From Zygnema circumcarinatum SAG 698-1b (Eukaryota; Plantae; Zygnematophyceae), in assembly GCA_037447605.1 (NCBI GenBank), contig JBBHKD010000033.1, positions 1 to 18,769 of the forward strand: a DNA stretch of 18,769 nucleotides, written 5' to 3'. A model generated the notes under the pieces. It was not told the DNA's origin, searched no databases, and worked only from the letters and a program-made list of their open reading frames with translations. Below, piece by piece: positions 1 through 9,200 of the stretch. Made by a program: the position numbers and the translations under genes. Positions within the stretch are counted from its first letter, which is position 1; each line of letters starts with the position of its first letter.

Positions 1-493
1 CTCCTCGTGTGGAGCAACACACCGCCCATACAATGGTCGTCTCCACTCATCCACCACGTCAATCCAACACGAGGACTCACATGACAAATGATGCAGTAAT
101 AAGGAGAAAGCCCACGGCCATAAAACTCCTTAAACTTCAAGAGTGTAATACAAGCTCCTTGAGGAAATCTACATAATTCCTTATGCTAGATTCTCCTCCT
201 CACATGAGCGCTATCCTATTCTCTAATAGCCTACACCCCGACTGCGATAGCCAAGCACTTACTGCCTCCATGAACTCCTCCTCTACCTCAACACATGAGG
301 GACACATCATCTAACTTCTTCACTAAAGCTTAGCAGGATGAGAGCTAGTTCTCACGACCTTCATACACAAGGCCGGACTCCTCTACGCCTCAACCTCTGC
401 TTGCTCTTCCTAAACAACCAACGACAGAGCAGCATTACATTCAGAGAGAGTTGAGCTTGAGTTAGTGAGTTGAGTAGTGAGAGAGCCAAGCTT
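1..493 (-). repeat. Partial LTR copy (probable 3' LTR, R/U5 portion; U3 missing)
   Basis: Direct repeat of 1944-2438. Hand count gives about 16 substitutions (13 transitions) and about 5 small indels. Homology stops abruptly after AAGCTT at 488-493. Confidence 0.85.
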
Positions 494-1694
494 AATGATC
501 TCCACAAGCTCCCGGCTGCATAATGTCGACTTGGAATGGAATCCTCCTCGTCCGACTTCAGCCTTGCCCCTTCTTGAATGGTTGTCAACGCCTCTTGACT
601 CTGTCCACTCTAATCCTTTGCTACATCTACTCCTCGGTGAAGTAAACTCCTTGTAGAAAGTTGCGACCTCCCTACCTCTGAATTGATCTCCTCCACTACT
701 CCTCGGGGAATTCCCTGAACTCCTCCTTAGTGGTCCTTTACTAACATCTTTAGTGACTATCAATTCCACTAGATCTGTCCACCAGACTAGTCAGGATTTA
801 AGCAATGATTCCTGGGCAGCTTTCTCCCCTAGATCCTAGATCTTGGGCCTCCTTCACCCCAGACGCATCTGAAATGAACTAATTCCTTACGTGGCACTCC
901 TTGCCACTCTACACCTCTCCTAGTCTCTCCCACAACAGATGTGAAGGTTCCAGTTCGTTAGTCTCTAACTCCAAAGCTAGTCTCTAATCCCAAGAGCGTG
1001 CTTGGGAGGGCAGTCCCCTCCACATACCGTGGCAATCTCGATATGGAACTGGAGCCTTCTCCACTTCTCGAAGTGCTGGTAAGTTCTCCCCTCGAATCCT
1101 TCGATGAAGCCACTTCGCCTTCTACATATCCGAGCATACAAGCTCCCAAAGGTGAGTCCACCCTTGCTTGTGCGTCTCTCACGCTGCCGCCTCCAACTCC
1201 GCTGAGTTGGGTCACCTCAAGTGTGTGCTACTCAATGCAGCACCTCCACGCCGCCAGACCTTGACTCCCTTGAGCCGGATCTCTCAAAACGACGTTAGAA
1301 TCAATGTCGTTAGGCTAGCCTTCTTTCGCACTCTTTTCCTCGAGCTGTCAAGACTAGTACTCCAAACGCATCCTCTCCTTGTGACTACTCAAAACTGAGT
1401 ATTCCAGCAACTTGCTTGCTACAAACGAAACCATAAACGTGACTCCGAGTTTGACCATAGCTATCCTTTTGAGTACCTTTGAGCCAACTATTCAGCTCCC
1501 CCAAAGAACTACCTCTTCAGCTCTTTCTCTAGTCAAGGATCTATGCCTTTGGAACTCATACTCTCAAGGATCTGAAACCCCCCCACTCTAGTATGCTCCA
1601 AGACCCTCACTCTCACTTGGTACTCTTTCGGATTACAACTATAAGCTCTAAGACTGAACCTTAAGCACTAGATGCTCCAAGAATTCAACCGTTA
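494..1694 (-). mobile_element. Internal domain of the left element, with no recognisable gag/pol coding remnant
   Basis: Lies between the PBS and the second LTR copy. The ORF track and the minus-strand stretches I translated by hand show frequent stops and no zinc knuckle, protease, RT, RNase H or integrase motif. Confidence 0.6.
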
Positions 1695-1706
1695 GCTCTG
1701 ATACCA
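1695..1706 (-). other. Primer-binding site complementary to the 3' end of plant initiator tRNA-Met
   Basis: The + strand GCTCTGATACCA is TGGTATCAGAGC on the minus strand, 2 nt after the LTR end ...GCACCAACA. Confidence 0.95.
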
Positions 1707-1708
1707 CT

Positions 1709-3255
1709 TGTTGGTGCAAGGAGGGCCCGAGGGGGCAGACTTCAAGGAAGGGATAAATACATGCCCGGATGAAGCTCAAAACTTTCTTCATCTTCCACTT
1801 GGGCCACATACCGCTTCCTCCACGAACTGCCTTCCATCCACCCCTTGCCAGGTGCGCACAGCGGAAAACTAAACGCGTCACCTACAAGAACACTTCAACT
1901 CCTCCATGGTCTCGGCTCCTCAAGTCCACGCTTCTTCAATGATCTCCTCATGTGGAGCAACACACCGCCCATACAATGGCTGCCTCCACTCATCCACCAC
2001 GTCAATCCAACACGAGGACTCACATGACAAATGATGCAGTAATAAGGAGAAAGCCCACGGCCATAAAACTCCTTAAACTTCAAGAGTGTAATACAAGCTC
2101 TTTAGGAAATCTACATAATCCCTTATGCTAGATTCTCCTCCTTACATGAGCACTATCCTATTCTCATAGATAGCCTACACCCCAACTGCAGTAGCCAGGC
2201 ACTAACTGCCTCCTTGAACTCCTCCTCTACCTCAACACATGAGGGACACATCATCTAACTTCTTCACTAAAGCTTAGCATGATGAGAGCTAGTTCTCACG
2301 ACCTTCATACACAAGGCCGGACTCCTCTACGCCTCAACCTCTGCTTGCTCTTCCTAAACAACCGACGACAGAGCAGCATTACATTCAGAGAGAGTTGAGC
2401 TTGAGTTAGTGAGTGAGTTGAGTGAGAGAGCCAAGCTTGCTCTCTCTTAAGCAACCATGGCGATGTGACGTGACACAATTGTCACGTCAGCAAGTGGCCT
2501 TACATTGCGTTCAGTGGGCGCACTGCAGAATTCAACCAGCTAGTGCGCCTCGTAAACCTCGGATGGCACCGACCTGCACTCTGTCATCCGTAGAGCCCGC
2601 CGCTCGCAGCCCTCAGTAGCATTCTCGCCACGACCATTTCTACGTACATCAAGGCCAGCAAGACCCATCCCGAGTCGTCCACAGTGGCATGTCTCGGAGC
2701 TCACCGCCGACATTCCCTTCTCGTTCCGCGCGCAACTCTCTCACGTTTTCACGCTCGCGCGCGACCAATTAGATTCGCTCAACTCAGTGCTCCGCACACT
2801 CGCTGCGACCGTCCACGGCCACTCCAAATATCTCACATCTCCACCACCAGTTGCAACCCTCCCATCACGTCGCACTCAGAGTGCGCGCATTTGCGTGTGT
2901 CGCGACCAATCATGTCGCTCACGGCAATCCGGCTCCGCGCTTAGATCTATCGTCCCGCGAACTTCTGCGTCGGTCCCGTACAATTCGCCGTCATACAGCC
3001 ACGCTCCAAGTCCGCTCGGCGCACTCACGCACCCCCTTTGGTCGATCTAGGTCAAAGCCGCGAACCTACGACCCTAAACTATTCCTAGACCTGCCGTACC
3101 GTGCCCTAATGATACGGGCACCACCCATGTAGGGTCCTACACCAAACATGACCGTTCATGCATGACATTGTCCCTATACCAACACATTGATCTCCCGGAC
3201 AACATTCATGCTAGGAACTAAGTACCAACACCTTGATGTACCCCATACATCAACA
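1709..3255 (-). repeat. Full-length 5' LTR (1547 bp)
   Basis: On the minus strand it starts TGTTGATG and ends CACCAACA (7/8 terminal inverted repeat), is followed by the PBS, and abuts the satellite directly at 3256. It shares collinear motifs with the LTR at 17107-18215. Confidence 0.85.
2447..2548 (-). promoter_or_regulatory. Putative U3 promoter module of the left LTR: two inverted repeats, ACGT cores and an eroded TATA position
   Basis: GCGCACT/AGTGCGC (2518-2524, 2542-2548) and TGACGTGACA/TGTCACGTCA (2466-2475, 2480-2489). CTTAA (minus strand, 2451-2447) aligns with TATAT of the right LTR. Promoter function is inferred. Confidence 0.5.
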
Positions 3256-6200
3256 GTTATATATAACTTTTTTGTCTTTTACTTTTGTTCACCGAAATTT
3301 CTCACCGTCACTCTACAGTGAATCCGCCGTATGCACAAAAAGTTTGAGTCAATTTGGCGTTCTCCCTATTCAGATATGGACGTTTTTGTGACACGTGCAA
3401 TTGGTTGCGTTCCTATACACGTCCACTCCGTTATATATAACTTTTTTGTCTTTTACTTTTGTGCACCGAAATTTCTCACCGTCACTCTACCGTAAATCCG
3501 CCGTATGCACAAAAAGTTTAAGTCAATTTGGCGTTCTCCCTATTCAGATATGGACGTTTTTGTGACACGTGCAATAGGTTGCTTTCCTATACACGTCCAC
3601 TCCGTTATACATAACTTTTTTGTCTTTTACTTTTGTGCACCGAAATTTCTCACAGTCACTATACAGTGAATCCGCCGTTTGCACAAAACGTTTGAGTCAA
3701 TTTGGCGTTCTCCTTGTTCAGATATGGACGTTTTTGTGACACGTGCAATTGGTTGCCTTCCTATACACGTCCACTCCGTTATATATAACTTTTTTGTCTT
3801 TAACTTTTGTGCACCGAAATTTCTCACAGTCATTATACAGTGAAACGGCCGTATGCACAAAAAGTTTGAGTCAATTTGGCGTTCTCCCCATTCAGATATG
3901 GACGTTTTAGTGACACGTGCAATTGGTTGCGTTCCTATACACATCCTCTCCGTTATATATAACTTTTTTGTCTTTTACTTTTGTGGACCGAAATGTCTCA
4001 CAGTCACTCTACAGTGAATCCGCCGTATGGACAAAAAGTTTGAGTCAATTTGACGTTCTCCCCATTCAGATATGGACGTTTTAGTGACACGTGCAATTGG
4101 TTGCGTTCCTATACACGTCCACTTCGTTATATATAACTTTTTTGTCTTTTATTTTTGTGCACCGAAATTTCTCACCGTCACTCTACAGTGAATCCGCTGT
4201 ATGCACAAAAAGTTTGAGTCAATTTGGCGTTCTCCCTATTCAGATATGGACGTTTTTGTGACACGTGCAATTGGTTGCGTTCCTATACACGTCCACGCCG
4301 TTATATATAACTTTTTTGTCTTTTACTTTTGTGCACCGAAATTTCTCACCGTCACTCTACAGTGAATCCGCCGTATGCACAAAAAGTTTGAGTCAATTTG
4401 GCGTTCTCCCTATTCACATATGGACGTATTTGTGACACGTGCAATAGGTTGCGTTCCTATACACGTCCACGCCGTTATATATTACTTTTTTGTCTTTTAC
4501 TTTTGTGCACCGAAATTCCTCACCGTCACTCTACAGTGAATCCGCCGTATGCACAAAAAGTTTGAGTCAATTTGGCGTTCTCCCTATTCAGATATGGACG
4601 TTTTTGTGACACGTGCAATTGGTTGCGTTCCTATACACGTCCACTCCGTTATTTATAACTTTTTTGTCTTTTATTTTTGTGCACCGAAATTTCTCACCGA
4701 CACTCTACAGTAAATCCGCCGTATACACAAAAAGTTTTGAGGTACGTTTAGCATACTCCTATTCTGATTGGACGTTTTTCTGACACGTCCAATAGGTGAT
4801 TATTATACACGTCCACTCCGTTATATATAACTTTTTTGTCTTTTACTTTTGTGCACCAAAGATTTCTCCAGTCACTCTGCAGTGAATCCACCGTATGCAC
4901 AAGAAGTTTGACTCAATATAGCGTCTCCATTCAGATATGAGCGTTCCATGACAGCCATTCAAATTACGTTGGTCACTTGTGCACGTCCTCTCCACTATGT
5001 AACTTTTTTGTCTTTTTTTTTGTACGCCGAAATTTCTCGCAAGTAGCTCTACAGTGAATCCGCGCATATCGCGGAGGCTAAAGCAAGTTTAGCATTCTCC
5101 TTCTCAATATGGGCTTTTTTGTAACACGTGCAATTGGTTGTTTTCCTACACGCGTCCATTCCGTTCTATATAACTTTTTTGTCTTTTACTTTTGTGCACC
5201 GAGAATTTATCGCCGTAGCTCTGCATGAATCCGCCGTATGCACCAAAGGCTGGCTCAATTAGCATTCCTATTCAATATGAACATTTTTGACACCATAAAT
5301 TCATTGATTCATCTACACGTTTCCCACTCCATTATATATAACTTTTTTGTCTTTTATTTTTGTGCACCGAAATTTCTCACCGTCACTCTACAGTAAATCC
5401 GCCGTATGCACAAAAAGTTTGAGCTAATTTGGCGTTCTCCCTATTCAGATATGGACGTTTTTGTGACACGTGCAATAGGTTGCGTTCCTATACACGTCCA
5501 CTCCGTTATACATAACTTTTTTGTCTTTTACTTTTGTGCACCGAAATTTCTCACCGTCACTCTCCAAGTGGAATCCGCAATATACACAAAAAGTTTATAA
5601 ATCAATTTGGCATTCTCCTTCCTCCCCAATATAGACATTTTTGTAACAGGTGCAATTGGTTGCAATTTCTATACACGTCCACTCCGTTATATGTAACTTT
5701 TCTGTTCTTTTATTTTATGCGCCGAAATTTGTCACCGTGGCTCTACAGTAAATCCACCATATGCACAAAAAGTTTGAGTCAATTGGCGTTCCTATTCAAT
5801 ATGGACGTTTTTGTAACACATCCAATGGGTTGCGATATGCTAATCCAAGCTCCATTTATGTGTAGCTTTTTGTCTTTTCTTTATGCACAAAACTTTTCCA
5901 ACGCTCTGCAGTGAATCCGCCGTATGCACAAGAAGTTTGACTCAATATGGCGTACTCCCCATTCAAATATGGACGTTTTAGTGACACGTGCAATTGGTTG
6001 CGTTCCTATACACGTCCTCTCCGTTATATATAACTTTTTTGTCTTTTTTTTTTGTGCACCGAAATTTCTCACAGTCACTCTACAGTGAATCCGCCGCATG
6101 CACAAAAAGTTTGAGTCAATTTGGCGTTCTCCCTATTCAGATATGGACGTTTTTGTGACACGTGCAATTGGTTGCGTTCCTAGACACGTCCACTCCGTTA

Positions 6201-9200
6201 TATATAACTTTTTTGTCTTTTACTTTTGTGCACACAAATTTCTCACCGTCACTCTACAGTAAATCCGCCGTATGGAGAAAGAGTGTGAGCCAATGTGGCG
6301 ATCTCCCTATTCAGATATGGACGTTTTTGTGACACGTGCAATAGGTTGCGTTCCTATACACGTCCACTCCGTTATACATAACTTTTTTGTCTTTTATTTT
6401 TGTGCACCGAAATTTATCACCGTCACTCTACGTAAATCCACCATCTTCCACACAAAAAGTTTGAGCTGGTTTGGCGTTTACCATTATTCAGATATGGACA
6501 TTTTTGTAAGACACATCCAATGGGTTACGTTCCTATACACATCACTCCGTTATACATAACTTTTTTGTCTTTTACTTTTGTGCACCTTAATTTCTCACCG
6601 TCACTCTACAATGAATCCGCCGTTTGCACAAAAAGTTTGAGTCAATTTGGCGTTCTCCTCGTTCAGATATGGACGTTTTTGTGACACGTGCAATTGGTTG
6701 CCTTCCTATACACGTCCACTCCGTTATATATAACTTTTTTGTCTTTTACTTTTGTGCACCGAAATTTCGCACCGTCACTCTAAAGTGAAACCGCCGTATG
6801 CACAAAAAGTTTGAGTCAATTTGGCGTTCTCCTTATTCAGATATGGACGTTTTTGTGACACGTGCAATAGGTTGCGTTCCTATACACGTCCACTCCGTTA
6901 TACATAACTTTTTTGTCTTTTTTTTTTTTGCACGGAAAGTTTTCAGCCTCCCTCTACAGTGAGTCCGCCGTATGCACAAAAAGTTTGAGTCAATTTGGCG
7001 TTTTCCCTATTCAGATATGGACGTTTTTGTGACACGTGCAATAGGTTGCGTTCGTATACACGTCCACTCCTTTATACATAACTTTTTTGTCTTTTACTCT
7101 TGTCCACCGAAATTTCTAAGAGTCACTCTATTGCGTGTCCGCCGGATGTTCAAAAAGTTTGAGTCAATTTGGCATTGTCCCTATTCAGATATGGACGTTT
7201 TTGTGACACGTGCAATAGGTTGCGTTCCTATACACGTCCACTCCGTTATACATAACTTTTTTGTCTTTTACTTTTGTGCACCTAAATTGTTCACCGTCAC
7301 TCTACAGTGAATCCGCCGTTTGCACAAAAAGTTTGAGTCAATTTGGCGTTCTCCTCGTTCAGATATGGACGTTTTTGTGACACGTGCAATTGGTTGCCTT
7401 CCTATACACGTCCACTCCGTTATATATAACTTTTTTGTCTTTTACTTTTGTGCACCGAAATTTCTCACCGTCACTCTACAGTGAATCCGCCGTATGCACA
7501 AAAAGTTTGATTCAATTTGGCGTTCTCCCTATTCCGATATGGACGTTTTTGTGACACGTGCAATTGGTTGCGTTCCTATACACGTCCACTCCGTTATATA
7601 TAACTTTTTTGTCTTTTATTTTTGTGCACCGAAATTTCTCACCGTCACTCTACAGTGAGTCCGCCGTATGCACAAAAAGTTTGAGTCAATTAAGCGTTCT
7701 CCCTATTCAGATATGGACGTTTTTGTGACACGTGCAATAGGTTGCGTTCCTATACACGTCCACTCCGTTATATATAACTTTTTTGTCTTTTACTTTTGTG
7801 CACCGAAATTTCTCCCAGTCACTCTACAGTGAATCCGCCGTATGCACAAGAAGTTTGACTCAATATAGCGTATCCCAATTCAGATATAAACATTTTAGTG
7901 ACACGTGCAATTCATGCGTCCTATGCACGTCCCTCTCACGTATAACTTTTTTGTCTTTTTTTTTATGCACCAAAATTTCTCACAGTCACTCTACAGTGAA
8001 TCCGCCGTATGCACAAAAAGTTTGAGTCAATTTGGCGTTCTCCCTATTCAGATATGGACGTTTTTGTGACACGTGCAATTGGTTGCGTTCCTATACACGT
8101 CCACTCCGTTATATATAACTTTTTTGTCTTTTACTTTTGTGCACCGAAATTTCTCACCGTCACTCTACAGTGAATCCGCCGTATGCACAAAAAGTTTGAG
8201 TCAATTTGGCGTTCTCCCTATTCAGATATGGACGTTTTTGTGACACGTGCAATTGGTTGCGTTCCTATACACGTCCACTCCGTTATATATAACTTTTTTG
8301 TCTTTTATTTTTGTGCACCGAAATTTCTCACCGTCACTCTACAGTAAATCCGCCGTATGCACAAAAAGTTTGAGTTAATTTGGCGTTCTCCCTATTCAGA
8401 TATGGACGTTTTTGTGACACGTGCAATTGGTTGCGTTCCTATACACGTCCACTCCGTTATACATAACTTTTTTGTCTTTTACTTTTGTGCACCTAAATTT
8501 CACCATCACTCTGCATGCATCCGCATTGCACAAAAAGTTTTGGAGTCAATTTAGCATTCTCTCATCAATATGGACATTTTTGTGACACGTGCAATAGGTT
8601 GCGTTCCTATACACGTCCACTCCGTTATACATAACTTTTTTGACTTTTACTTTTGTGCACCTAAATTTCTCACCGTCACTCTACAGTAAATCCGCCGTAT
8701 GCACAAAAAGTTTGAGTCAATTTGGCGTTCTCCCTATTCAGATATGGACGTTTTTGTGACACGTGCAATAGGTTGCGTTCCTATACACGTCCACTCCGTT
8801 ATATATAACTTTTTTGTCTTTTACTTTTGTGCACCGAAATTTCTCACCGTCACTCTCAAGTGAATTCACAGTGTACACAAAAAGTTTTAGATCAATTTTG
8901 GCATTACTATTCAAGTATGGACATTTTTGTGACAGGTACAATTAGTTGATTCCTATACACGTCCACTCCGTTATATATAACTTTTTTGTATTTTATTTTT
9001 GTGCACCGAAATTTCTCACCGTCACTCTACAGTGAATCCGCCGTTTGCACAAAAAGTTTGAGTCAATTTGGCGTTCTCCTCGTTCAGATATGGACGTTTT
9101 TGTGACACGTGCAATTGGTTGCCTTCCTATACACGTCCACTCCGTTATTTATAACTTTTTTGTCTTTTACTTTTGTGCACTGAAATTTCTCCCAGTCACT

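Larger units (their letters stand above)
1..3255 (-). mobile_element. Decayed, non-coding LTR retrotransposon: 5' LTR, PBS, internal domain and truncated 3' LTR running off the left edge
   Basis: Read on the minus strand: LTR with TG..CA ends (3255 to 1709), 2-nt spacer, PBS TGGTATCAGAGC, about 1.2 kb unique sequence, then a second copy of part of the LTR (493 to 1). Confidence 0.85.

Noticed and set aside
494-510. Minus-strand GTGGAGAT-CATTAAGCTT read as a decayed PPT plus the start of a short LTR
   Set aside because: The full LTR has no TG or matching bases at the equivalent position (2439-2443) and has proper termini 817 bp further on. The reading needs two substitutions at the terminal TG.
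410-769. 119-aa minus-strand ORF ending LCSRELVEI, faintly like a copia Pol C-terminus
   Set aside because: The RNase H motifs that should precede it (KHIDxRYH, ADxLTK) are absent, and the ORF runs on into LTR sequence.
1578-1589. Purine tract AGAGTGGGGGGG on the minus strand as a PPT
   Set aside because: It is not followed by TG or any LTR sequence.
3101-3121. Hairpin GTGCCC-N9-GGGCAC in the left LTR
   Set aside because: A 6-bp stem with no counterpart seen in the right LTR, compatible with chance.
958-3132. Short ORFs of 60-93 aa across the left internal domain and LTR
   Set aside because: They overlap on both strands, several use alternative starts, none has a domain motif, and they are expected by chance in GC-richer LTR sequence.
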